Assembly (NCBI GenBank): GCA_918797485.1
Contig: CAKKNE010000003.1
Coordinates: forward strand, 4,154,001-4,218,000
Source: Pelagomonas calceolata
Taxonomy: Eukaryota
Length of the DNA: 64,000 bases
Reading direction: 5' to 3'
Made by a program: the position numbers and the translations under genes
Shown here: piece after piece, positions 52,225 to 62,639 of the stretch
How the letters are laid out: every line of letters starts with the position of its first letter
How positions within the stretch are numbered: position 1 is the stretch's first letter
The notes under the pieces: generated by a model
Seen by the model: only the letters and a program-made list of their open reading frames with translations
What the model was told of the DNA's origin: nothing
Databases searched by the model: none

Positions 52225-55200
52225 TCAGGAAGAAACAGAACGGCCGCACGCCATGCAGAAGTTCGCGCCGTCCGCGAGCCGGTTGCCGCAAGATGGGCAG
52301 AAGTTTCGGGGCGGTGCGGCCGCGCGCGACATCGACGACGCGACGACCGATGCCGTGCCGGGGACTGCCGTCGGCGGCGTGACGAGGACACCTTCGAGCG
52401 GCTGCGACGGAGAAGCGGGGTCGCCGCCCGCGCCCCAGCCGAACCAGCCGCGCGCCTCCGGCGCAGGAGGCGCCGAGGGCGCCGTCACGGGCGCGGCGGC
52501 CGGCGGCGCCGCGGCCGGGGGCTCCGCGGCCGACGCTGCGGGCGCGCCTGTCGACGCGACGCCCTGATCGTCGAGGAACGCCGTCGTCACAGCGCCGAAC
52601 GACTTCCAATTCGCGAGCGCCTCCGGAGTCGGCGGGAACTGTCCATACTTTTCCCGCAGCGCGCGCCGCGCCGGTGCTCCGTACCACGTCCGCATCGGCG
52701 CGAAGACCATGCGGATCTTGCTGTCCGCCTTTGCTGTCGCCCCCTTAACCGGTCCGCGCTTCTTGCCGCGAACGGTAGTGGTGGGCGCGGCCGCCGGCGC
52801 GGGCGGCGGCGCGGCCGCGGCAGCGTCGCTCCCGCGGCGACTCAGGGCCCGGGCAAGCAGCCCCGGCGCGGGCGGCGGCGGCGGCTCGTCGAGCCTTGGA
52901 GGTGATGACGGCGGTCTGAGGCGGCGCCTCCAATCCGCCGGCCTCGTCGCATACCCCGTTCGCGTTGGCCTCAACGTCCTGCGACTTCTTAGCAGCAGTG
53001 TTTCGACGGTAGAAGAAGAAGGCTCCGGCGGCGGCCAGGAGCAGCACGAGCGCGCCGGCGGCCGCGCCGCCCGCCGTCGCCGCGTCCGGGCCCGCTGCGC
53101 CAGATCCGGAGCCAGAGCCGCCGCCTGAGACCAAAGATACGGGCGACATCGTGAGGGACGGCCGCGGCGTCGGTGCTGGGGTCGGTTTTGGCGTCGGAGG
53201 AGACAATGGCCTTGGCGTCGGCGCCGCTGTCGGCTCCGGTGTCGTGACGACAAACACGTGCCTTGCTCGCCCGATGTGAGCTCGCGTCGCCGTCTCGTCG
53301 ACGGTGATGGCGTTGAACGCGGCGGCGGCTTCGGGCGAGCGTTCCGCGGCGTTGGTCCGAAGCTTGGTCAGAAAGCTCCCGTCGTCGACCGCGGTCGTCA
53401 GGGCGGCCGCGGCCTTCTCCAATAAATCCGTCGATACGGCCTCGGCGTCCTCGATGCCGTCGACGCGCGCGACGCCCGTGTAAGAGACGTCCGCGAGGCC
53501 CGCGGCCGCCCGCGTCGGCGCCAGAGTACGATCTGCCTCCCGCGTCGGCGCCGGGCTCGGCGGATATTCCGTCTGCAAGCGCCGCGTACGATCTGCCTCC
53601 CGCGTCAGCGCCGGAGAAGGCGGATACTCCGCCTGCAGGCGCCGCCGGCGGACGACGGCCTCCACATCAACCACTTCGTTGAACACGCCGTCCGAACTGT
53701 CGATGATAGACTGCGCAAACGCATCCTTCATGTCCTCGTCCGCGTTAAATTCGTCGGCCACCACGCCTTCGAGACTGACCGACGAGGCGACCTCGACCAC
53801 CGTCTGGGCCGGCGACGGCGCCGGCGTGGGGGCCGGCGTCGGCGCGGGCGACGGCCTAGGACTCGGTGGCTGCGAGGGCCTGGGAGTCGGGCGCTGCGTC
53901 GGCCGCTGAGTCGGGCGCGGCGTAGGCCTGGGAGTCGGTTGTGGGGTAGGCCGTTGAGTAGGATTTCCCGGCAGCGGCGTCGGTCCGGGCGTGGGACGCA
54001 ACGTCGGGCGCGATGTCGGTAGTGGCGAGGGAATAGGCGTCGGCCGAGGAGTGGGTCTCTGCGTCGGTCTCGCGCTAGGCCGCGGCGTCGGTCGGGGGCT
54101 CGGCGCTGGCGTGGGGCGCAGCGTCGGTCTCGCGCTAGGCCGCGGCGTCGGGCGCGCGGTCGGACGCGATCTGTGTAGGAATCAAGCGGTGAGTTGGCGT
54201 GCCAATAACAAACTACGATTTCCGCACAGGCACCGGCGTCGGGCGCCATGAGGGCCGTTGCGTCGGCTGAGGGACCGTCGGCTGCGGCGTCGGGCGCGGC
54301 GTCGGCCGCCGTGAGGGTTGAGGCGTCGGCCTGGGCGTCGGCCGCTTGCTGGGCGCTGGCGTCGGAGGCGCTGTTGGCCGTGGAGTTGGACTTGGAAACG
54401 TCGGGCGCGCGGTCGGCTTCGGCGTCGGCTTCGACGTCGGCTTCGGCGTCGGGCGCTGAGTAGGCTTCGGCGTCGGCCGAAATGTGGGGCGCGGCGTCGG
54501 ATTCGGCGTCGGGCAGTCTGCGACATTTTCAACTTGCACGACGCCGCACGACGTCGACTCGCACGGGGTGTAGTCGAACGTCATGAATAGGTTCACGTCG
54601 TCGTCCAGGCACCAGCCGAGGTCCTGGTCGAAGGCCGAGGCGTAGAAGAACATCTGCCCCATATTATATCCCCTTACGCCGTGGACCACCCAATCACCGA
54701 TGTCTTGATTAAAGGCCGAGGCGCCGATGAACATCCTGCTCATGCTTGTTACGCCGGAGGTGTCCCACGCGCCAATGTCCTGGTCGAAGGACGAGGCGGA
54801 GTCGAACATCCTCTCCATGCTCTTGACGCCCGAGGTGTCCCACGCGCCGATGTCCTGGTTAAAGGCCGAGGCGTCGTGGAACATGCCCTCCATCGTCGTG
54901 ACGCCGGAGGTGTCCCACGCGCCAATGTCCTCGTTGAAGGACGCCGCTGCTTCGTTGCAATCGTCCTCGTCTGCGCAAAATAAGTACGACATGTCCGTCA
55001 CCCCCGATGTGTCAAACGTCGAGATGTGGCCGTACGTGTCCTCGGCGGCCGTCGCGTCCGAGAGCCATGCTGCAACTGCAATTCTGATCTTTCCGTTGGC
55101 CATGACATTACCATTGCTTGGGATGTCGCAGCCGCCCCACGAGACGCCACAAAACGTCGACGCGCACGGGGTGTCGTAGAACGCCCAGTTCAGGTCCACG

Positions 55201-57056
55201 TCGTCGTCCAGGCACCAGCCGAGGTCCTGGTCGAAGGCCGAGGCCCCGACAAACATCCAGCGCATCGTCGTGACGCCGGAGGTGTCCCACGCGCCGATGT
55301 CCTCGTTGAAGGACGAGTCGCGGAACAGGAACAACTCCTCCATGTCCGTCACCGCCCCAGTCTCCCACGTCGAGATGTGGCCGTACGTCGCCTCGGCGGC
55401 GGCGCTGTCCGAGAGCCACCTTGCAACTGCAATTCTGATCTTCCCATTGGCCATGACGTTTCCTGTGCTCGTGCAATCGCCAGAGTTCTCAACTTGCACG
55501 ACGCCGCACGACGTCGACTCGCACGGGGTGTAGTCGAACGTCATGAATAGGTTCACGTCGTCGTCCAGGCACCAGCCGAGGTCCTGGTCGAAGGCCGAGG
55601 CGTAGAAGAACATCTGCCCCATATTATATCCACTTACCTCGTGGACCACCCAATCACCGATGTCTTGATTAAAGGCCGAGGCGCCGATGAACATCCTGCT
55701 CATGCTTGTTACGCCGGAGGTGTCCCACGCGCCAATGTCCTGGTCGAAGGACGAGGCGGAGTCGAACATCCTCTCCATGCTCTTGACGCCCGAGGTGTCC
55801 CACGCGCCGATGTCCCCATTAAAGGCCGACGCGTAGCCGAACATCAAGTCCATCCTTGTGACGCCGGAGGTGTCCCACGCGCCGATGTCCTGGTCGAAGG
55901 CCGAGGCGGAGGTGAACATCCCGGACATCGACGTGACGCCGGAGGTGTCCCACGCGCCGATGTCCTGGTCGAAGGCCGAGGCGCCGTCGAACATACCTGC
56001 CATGTTCTTGACGCCGGAGGTGTCCCAATCACCAATGTCCTGATCGAAGGCCGAGGCGTCTCCAAACATCTCGAACATGTCAGTGACGCTGTGGACCGCC
56101 CAACCACTGATGTCCTGGTCGAAGGCGTAGGCGGATTGGAACATCATCTTCATCGTCGTGACGCCCGAAGTGTCCCACGCGCCGATGTCCTCGTTGAAGG
56201 ACGCCGCTGCTTCGTTGCAAACCGTTTCGTCCTCGTCTGCGCAAAATAAGTTCGACATGTCCGTCACCCCTCCGGTCTCCCACGTTGAAATGTGGCCGTA
56301 CGTTGCCTCGGCGGCAGTTTCGTCCGAGAGCCACGCCGCCACGGCGTCTCGAATGCTGCTGTCGTCCATCGCGGTGCCTAGGCGTCGCTGGCCACGGTGC
56401 ATCGTCGGCGCCGGCGACCACGCTAGCGAGTTCGGAAACGCCGAGTCCACGAACCAACCGCTACTCCAGGGCGCGTCGCTGCCACCGCCGTGGTCGTGTC
56501 CGCTGTTGTCGTCGAGGCGGCGGCGGCCGTGGTCGTGGCCGTCGTGCCCGCCCTCCTCGACGAGCGGCTCGACGTCCTCGCCCGCCGCGTCCTGGAGGTA
56601 GTGCATGTCGTTCTCGAACTCCGTGGGCACGTGCTCCGCGAAGACGTAGCCCGTGAGCTTCGTCCGAGAAATATCGTCCGAGAACGGCGCGACGGACGCG
56701 TTTGCCGGTCCGGCCGCGGCGAGTCTCGCCGTCGAGGCCAGCAGCACGCCGGCGAGGCGTGCGTTCCAGCCCGAGCGCCTCGCGGAGCTTCCAAAGGTAT
56801 TGAGGGCCGCCGCGAGCGCTGATAGCGCGCCGACGACGCAGAAAAAGGCCCAGACGCACGCCACGGCGGCAGCGGTAGCCAGCGACCGCCAGCTGTTGTC
56901 CTCGCCCAGGCTCATCGTTGGCACCGCGCCGAGCAGCCCGGACTCGCCGGAGCAGCGCGTCGCCGCGCGAATTGCGAACGCCGAACAAGCCGCCGCGGCG
57001 CCGCCCTTCAGCGTGGAATTCCAAATCAAGCCGCCCTTCTTCTCGGCCGCTGCCAT
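52225..57056 (-). CDS. Kinase-less paralog of the DUF285 receptor: three repeat modules, stalk, SEA-like domain, TM; frame break near 52897 before the shared C-terminal domain and a zinc ribbon
   Basis: Intron 54237-54171 joins the ORFs; [18 protein letters not shown]. The downstream frame encodes [13 protein letters not shown]...FLDDQGVA and FCPSCG...FCMACG. Confidence 0.75.
54171..54229. mobile_element. Minimal 59-bp introner MITE (GC-AG intron 54237-54171)
   Basis: TIRs ctgtgtaggaatcaa / gatttccgcacag; a GC donor exactly 8 nt outside the TIR restores the frame. Confidence 0.8.
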
Positions 57057-57445
57057 CTTCTGGACGGCGCGGCGTCGGGGCGGTAGACCGCGTGCCTGTG
57101 CAGCTGTGCTCCAATGGGAGCTTCTGATGCGCGCGACGGCTGCGCGGGGTCTTTTTTCTCGCTGACGTGCCGTAGGGCTGCCTTTGGTAGCGCCCCGTTC
57201 AAGTATTCCAATTTGCGGCGTGTGCTTTGCGCGAGCTTGTACCATGGTACAGCGGATCGGAGGCGCTATCATCATACCTAGGTATAGTTATCATCATGAT
57301 GATCCTGAGGTCGTCCCCGGTAGCACGAACACGGGTCCGCGAAGGCTCAGCGGACGCCTGCGCCCGGCCGCAACGAAATAACTCGCTATTTTTCCTGGCT
57401 CGCGGGAGAGACAACTCCCAAAAAAGATCCACAAAAGACAACACA

Positions 57446-58813
57446 CTAACGCGGCCGCCGCCAGGCCCGCCCCCGCGCCGCGGGCCACGGCGGCAGCGCG
57501 GACGCGAGCCGCGCGTTCAGGAGAGCGACCGCCGCGCAAGACGCGAACGCGAGGCGGCCCCGCCGCAGAAAGGGGGGCAGCCCCGAGGGCCCCGCACTCG
57601 CCGCGAAGAGGCTTCCCCCCGCGACGGGGCCCACGACAAAACCCACGAGGGCGACCGCGCGGCCCGCGCCGAGCGCCGACGCCGCGACGTCCCCGGGCGC
57701 CGCCTTCGAGAGCATCTTGTGGAGCGCCCCCATCATAACCTCCGCGGCTAAGGCTGCGATTGAGCTCGGGATGACGAGGAGATACCAGCGCGGCGCGTAC
57801 GAGGCGACCAGGGGCGGTAGCGGGTACGCGAAGAGGGCACACACCAGCAGCGCGATTTCGTAGGCTGCTGGTGGAGTCCGCTTGATGCGATGGGAACCGA
57901 GCAATGCTGTTAATGAAGCGATGCTCTGGATCAATCCTACTCTCATCACGTCGAGACCCAAGCCTTCGCGTGCAAACGCGAGCAGCGGAATGACCTCCGA
58001 AAAGGCCGTCGTAGACAAAGCACAAAGCACGAAGGAGAATAACAAGGGCACGAGGGGACTCCTTCGGTCCGAAAGGACCTCCCTCAGTGTCCGCGGAGGT
58101 TCGTCCTCAAGTGTAATATCGAGGCCTCGGATACCACTCGCGAACGGGGCCTCCTCGTCGACGACGGCCTTGGCGGCGGGTTGCGCGGCGTCATCCAGTG
58201 GATCGTAGGCCGTGCTCGGCTCGAGGAGTATGAGGGCCGCAATGAAGCTGAGTAGAGAAAAACCCGCCACCGCGGCACAGGGCTCGACGAAGGTCGGCGG
58301 TGCTGCAAGAAAACCTCCGACCAGGGGCCCGACCACGGAACCGGCGCCGTAGACGACGCCGACTATTGCGAAGGCGGAGTCCTCGTTCGTTGCGTCTGTT
58401 ACATCGGCGACGTAGGCCTTCCCGACGACGCTGGTGCCACTTGCGAGGCCTTGCGCGAAGCGTGTTATGACGGCGATGAGGAGCGTGGGCGCGGCGCCAA
58501 AAATGACTAGGCATCCGCTCGTCAGCAGTAGACATGAAAGCAGGACGCTCCGCCGGCCGCACCGCTCCGATAACGCGACCCAGATTATTGAAGAGATAGC
58601 TTGGCCCGCGACGAAGGCCGCGTTCATGCACCCGGAGTAGTAGCCTACCGCGTAATCGTGCTGTACGTGCGCTCGGACTAAGAACGGCGTTAAAGGCAGC
58701 ACGACGGACGTGGCCAGAGCTTCGACGAAGAAGAGCAGTAAGGGAATGATGAGCCGTCGGTAGGGCAAGGGCGTCGCCGCGGGCCGCCGCCGGCTGCTGC
58801 CGGGTTGGGGCAT
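57446..58813 (-). CDS. MFS transporter (DHA1/ZIFL-like)
   Basis: Multiple TM helices; motif A LSERCGRRSVLL, TRFAQGL and VVGPLVGGFL. Confidence 0.9.
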   Translation of the reverse strand: MPQPGSSRRRPAATPLPYRRLIIPLLLFFVEALATSVVLPLTPFLVRAHVQHDYAVGYYSGCMNAAFVAGQAISSIIWVALSERCGRRSVLLSCLLLTSGCLVIFGAAPTLLIAVITRFAQGLASGTSVVGKAYVADVTDATNEDSAFAIVGVVYGAGSVVGPLVGGFLAAPPTFVEPCAAVAGFSLLSFIAALILLEPSTAYDPLDDAAQPAAKAVVDEEAPFASGIRGLDITLEDEPPRTLREVLSDRRSPLVPLLFSFVLCALSTTAFSEVIPLLAFAREGLGLDVMRVGLIQSIASLTALLGSHRIKRTPPAAYEIALLVCALFAYPLPPLVASYAPRWYLLVIPSSIAALAAEVMMGALHKMLSKAAPGDVAASALGAGRAVALVGFVVGPVAGGSLFAASAGPSGLPPFLRRGRLAFASCAAVALLNARLASALPPWPAARGRAWRRPR

Positions 58814-58948
58814 CCCAGCGTGCTGCACTCTGGCACTTGTGGAAACGGGTCGCGGCGGCTGGCGCGCGCGTCGCCGTCTAGGAAACGGGTCGCAGGCGGC
58901 TCCTGAACCCTTTGGCACGGCAGCAATCACACAACCAGCCAAAATTGA

Positions 58949-58974
58949 GCTAGCGTGCTGTAAGACATACTAGC
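58949..58974. promoter_or_regulatory. CTAG-bounded promoter motif copy (reverse)
   Basis: gctagcgtgctgtaagacatactagc, between divergent genes. Confidence 0.62.
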
Positions 58975-59184
58975 ATGCTTTTTGCTGCATCCAGCGCGCG
59001 AGCTCGTAACGCGCTCTGGCTGTAGGCGGCGGGCCCAGCTGTCCAGCAATACGCCACTGCTGCAGCGCCGCCACCCATCACACTGCTACAGCCTACAGCT
59101 GCAATATCAGCCATCAGTCTCGATTGGCCTGCTCGATTGGCCTGCCCCACTAGTGCACTGAAGAACGATCACTAGGGCAGGACG

Positions 59185-60393
59185 ATGCGACCCCTCTGGG
59201 CCACATGCCTGGCAGCCGCGGCCGCTCTCCAGACATGCAAAGTCCAGGACCTCGCGACCCGAAGAGTAGCGGGCGCCCTCCTCGCGCCCTTCGGCGGCCG
59301 CGCGGGCGCCGCGCACGAGCTCGTCGCCGTGCGCGGCGTCGACGAAACAGGAGAACCAATAGCGGGCCTCTGCGACGCAGCGACCATAGGCGCCACGGTC
59401 CCGCTCACGGTCTCCGTCCCGAAACCGCTGGCGCCGCTGTGCATCCTCACAACTATCGAATGCGCCGCCGCGTTGGCCACCGAAGGACTCAAAGCTACGC
59501 CAGAAACCGTCACGTTACTCGGCGCCACGCCCGAGGCCCTAGCGGCGTGCGAGCTCCTCACGAGTCTCGGCGCGGACGTGACGGTCGTGACTCCGCGAAG
59601 AAACGGCGACGACGACGCCTACGCCGCCGGCGCGGCCATGGCCTTCCACCCGGCGGCGCTCGACGACGACGACGACGAGGACTACGGGTTGGTCCTGGAT
59701 TATGTCGGAGATGAAGGTAGTAGAAAGGGCTACGTCTCTTGTACTTTATTTGACGCCAGGCACGCGCAGGACTGGGGCCTAGGGGAACAAAGGCCGCCAG
59801 CCATCGCGTTCGATCCTGTCGTGGCGCGGATCGAAAAGGCTTTGAATGAGGCGCCCGCGGATGTCCTGGAGGAAGCGCCCTCCGTTTCCAAAGAATTTTT
59901 TAATCCAATTAAGGCGGCCGCATCTTTAGCGATCGGCGAAGCCGCAGAGGCGTACGGCGAGGCGCTGGGCTGGCCGGCCGACGGCGAGACGCGCAAGCGC
60001 TTCGGGATCGATTTGCTCGCGCCCTCGCTCGGCGCCGTGAGCTTCGATGTTCTAGACGAAGCGTTAGATAGTGGCGACTACGATGATGACATCGAGGTGG
60101 ACGAGGTGCCCTCATCTCCCGATAGTGTCGCGGGCGACGCCGTCGTCTTTATCACGGCCAAGTTCTGCAACTCGTGTCGACGGATGGACCCCCACTTCCG
60201 GCGCATGCAGCAGTCGTTCAACGGAGTGCGCTTTTTGAGAGTTGATTCGACGACGGATCGATCCTTCGCGGAACAGGCCGGCGTCGACAGCACGCCGACC
60301 TTCCTCCTCTACAAAGATTCTACAAGAGTAGCGACGGTCGGGACCGCCTCTCCCACATTGTTGAGGAGGAATCTGGAGGATAATTTCACTTAG
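59185..60393 (+). CDS. Signal-peptide protein with a C-terminal thioredoxin domain
   Basis: VVFITAKFCNSCRRMDPHF...FLRVD...GVDSTPTFLLYKD. Confidence 0.8.
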   Translation: MRPLWATCLAAAAALQTCKVQDLATRRVAGALLAPFGGRAGAAHELVAVRGVDETGEPIAGLCDAATIGATVPLTVSVPKPLAPLCILTTIECAAALATEGLKATPETVTLLGATPEALAACELLTSLGADVTVVTPRRNGDDDAYAAGAAMAFHPAALDDDDDEDYGLVLDYVGDEGSRKGYVSCTLFDARHAQDWGLGEQRPPAIAFDPVVARIEKALNEAPADVLEEAPSVSKEFFNPIKAAASLAIGEAAEAYGEALGWPADGETRKRFGIDLLAPSLGAVSFDVLDEALDSGDYDDDIEVDEVPSSPDSVAGDAVVFITAKFCNSCRRMDPHFRRMQQSFNGVRFLRVDSTTDRSFAEQAGVDSTPTFLLYKDSTRVATVGTASPTLLRRNLEDNFT

Positions 60394-61354
60394 CCAGTTT
60401 CTCCTTCAAGAATGAAAACACTTCTTCGGTCGCGGCATGAGTCGTGGCCGGATGGGAGGTGTGCCCCGCGGAGACGCTCTCGAAGGGGCCCCGGCCCGGC
60501 AGGGGCGTGCCCGCCGGCTCCGAGGAAGAGACGAAGTTCCGCGCTACACTAGCGTACGCGGCACCCGCCTCAGAATCGTCCTCGAAGGCCGCCGGCGCGT
60601 ATTTGCGGTTGTGTTCAAGCCTCGCCGAACCGGACGGCGGCACCTCCTCCTTGAGGATGGAGCCGTAGAGAGCGCATCCGTCCGTGAGCGCCACGGCCTT
60701 GATGCGAGCGCGGCACTGCGGCTTGTCCTTGAACAAGAACGCGACGGCCGACGCGCCGTACGAGTGCGCGACGATCGCGATCGGTCGCGTCTCGTCCTTG
60801 TGAATAGCTCTGGAATATAAAGTAGAGAGATGTCTATGTGGTGTTTCTGAACCCGCAACAATGCGCCCGGCCTCCTCGCTCACGTTCGGGTCCGCTACTA
60901 CAACATTCGCGCCCAACTCGTTGCGACACCGTTCTATATAATCAAACATGCCGCCCTCGCGTAAGGTACCGTTGACACATAAAGAGCGACCCCAGACGCC
61001 CGCGCTCCCACCAGGAAACGACCCGCAGACCAGGAAGATAATGGGAGCATTGGGACCCGCGTCGCTCGGGTGCGCCCAGCACCGCGCTTCCCCCAAAGCC
61101 GTCTCCATGAGACCACTGGCGAGCACTAATCTCGTCTTGCAATATAACGCGCAGGCCGCCGCGACGGCGTCATAGTTCTCCTGGCCCTTCCACTCGAAGC
61201 CTTTTGACTCGTCGTCGACTTGTGTCAAACGCTCGTCACTCACTGTTCCGCCTTCCGGGGCCTTGTAGGCGTACCCGAGCTCGGCCAGGACTTTGACGAC
61301 ATCTCTGGGTGACGGGGGCTTCTCTTCTTGTTTGGTGGCGTCCGGGTCCGCCAT
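60386..61354 (-). CDS. FAM172A/Arb2-like alpha/beta-hydrolase fold protein
   Basis: GVWGRSLCVNGTLREGGMFDYI, IVAHSYGA, AVALTD and SAGHTSH. Confidence 0.8.
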   Translation of the reverse strand: MADPDATKQEEKPPSPRDVVKVLAELGYAYKAPEGGTVSDERLTQVDDESKGFEWKGQENYDAVAAACALYCKTRLVLASGLMETALGEARCWAHPSDAGPNAPIIFLVCGSFPGGSAGVWGRSLCVNGTLREGGMFDYIERCRNELGANVVVADPNVSEEAGRIVAGSETPHRHLSTLYSRAIHKDETRPIAIVAHSYGASAVAFLFKDKPQCRARIKAVALTDGCALYGSILKEEVPPSGSARLEHNRKYAPAAFEDDSEAGAAYASVARNFVSSSEPAGTPLPGRGPFESVSAGHTSHPATTHAATEEVFSFLKEKLAK

Positions 61355-61570
61355 GGCGTCGACCGCGTTTCTACGTGCTCCGGCGCGCTGCGATCCTGGC
61401 GCGTTTTTGGTTAAGGGCTTGGAAGCTAGGTACGAGGCTTGCGCGACCGCGAATGGCTTATCCGCGTGCAGGAGCGCGAGTGGAGTGTCAAAGCCGCGTG
61501 TCCGCAGCCGCCAGCCGCACAGACGAGCAGCGCTTGAGCTAGCCTTGGCTTTTGGTTTTAGGCAAAGCGC

Positions 61571-61594
61571 GCTAGCGGCCAGTAAGACACTAGC
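61571..61594. promoter_or_regulatory. CTAG-bounded promoter motif copy (reverse)
   Basis: gctagcggccagtaagacactagc, about 220 nt upstream of ATG 61354. Confidence 0.7.
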
Positions 61595-61756
61595 AAGGTG
61601 CATTACGGGGTTTTCGCCACTCGGGGGCCCCGCCCACCAGTCCTAACAGCGCAACAATATCCAGCAAAACTCGTGGTCCGTGCTGCTAGAGGGGCTGGCC
61701 CAATGAGCGACTCTCTCTCTCTCCGACCCTCGGGAACGAATCACAACAAGACACCC

Positions 61757-62296
61757 TTAGTTCCACGTCGCCGGGTCCCCGTCGTCGTCGTCCTCGTCGT
61801 CCACGACGCCGTCGACGTCCACCGGCAACCCCAACCCCCGCCACGCGTCGAAACCGCCGGCCATCGCAATGACGTCGAAGCCGCGCGCTCTTAACAGATC
61901 CGCCGCCGCCGCGACGCTCTTCTGGGAACCGCCGCCGACGACGAGCCGGCCCGGCTCGGCCGGGATCACGTCCGCGTCCAGCGTGCCGTCGACGAACGGC
62001 GCGTTCACGGCGCCTTTTGGTCGCCCGCGCGCGAACGCCTCAGTGCCTCGCACGTCGACAAAACTGTGGCGACTCTCCCAGCCCACCTCGTGGCACAGGT
62101 CGTGGGCCACGTCCGGCGGCACAATAGCCGTCTTCGGCGCTTCCGCCGTGCTCTGTGGTGGGGGCCGATTTGCGGCGACGGCGGCGGCCGTCTTCTTTTT
62201 GATGAGGTCCTCCAGGGATTTATCGTTGCTGAGGCGGCGGACGGCACGCGTGCAACGCGGCGTGCGCCGCGGCAGCGCCCGGAGCAGGCGGCGCAT
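61757..62296 (-). CDS. Single-domain rhodanese-like protein, probably mitochondrial
   Basis: FVDVRGTEAFARGRPKGAVNAP and MAGGFDAWRGLGLP; Arg-rich presequence. Confidence 0.85.
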   Translation of the reverse strand: MRRLLRALPRRTPRCTRAVRRLSNDKSLEDLIKKKTAAAVAANRPPPQSTAEAPKTAIVPPDVAHDLCHEVGWESRHSFVDVRGTEAFARGRPKGAVNAPFVDGTLDADVIPAEPGRLVVGGGSQKSVAAAADLLRARGFDVIAMAGGFDAWRGLGLPVDVDGVVDDEDDDDGDPATWN

Positions 62297-62639
62297 GATC
62301 GAGCAGTCCCTCGCAGACTCACCGCGCTGCCTTTTAACGCTGTCGCGTAGTTCAACCGTTACAAATAGATGCGCCGACAACTTTTTAGGCCCTGGATCTG
62401 CGCATTAGCCGAGTTATCGATGCAAAATTGGCTCGTAAAACCCGACACGCCAGCCGAGCAAAACGCGTCTGCGTCTCTGGCCCCAAGAGCGCGAGCAAAC
62501 GCCTGGTCACACGATTGCGTCGGGTTTATTATTCTCACAGCGCACGCAGAGCAGTTGCTCGCCACAACTGGCCGGACAAGCCCAGGACAAGCCCAGTGAA
62601 TTATTGCACCGAGCGCAGCTGCGCAGGGATCCGTAAATC

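Noticed and set aside
54171..54233. GT donor at 54233 for the intron in the kinase-less receptor
   Set aside because: It puts the next exon out of the Pro/Thr frame, whereas a GC donor (54237) restores the frame.
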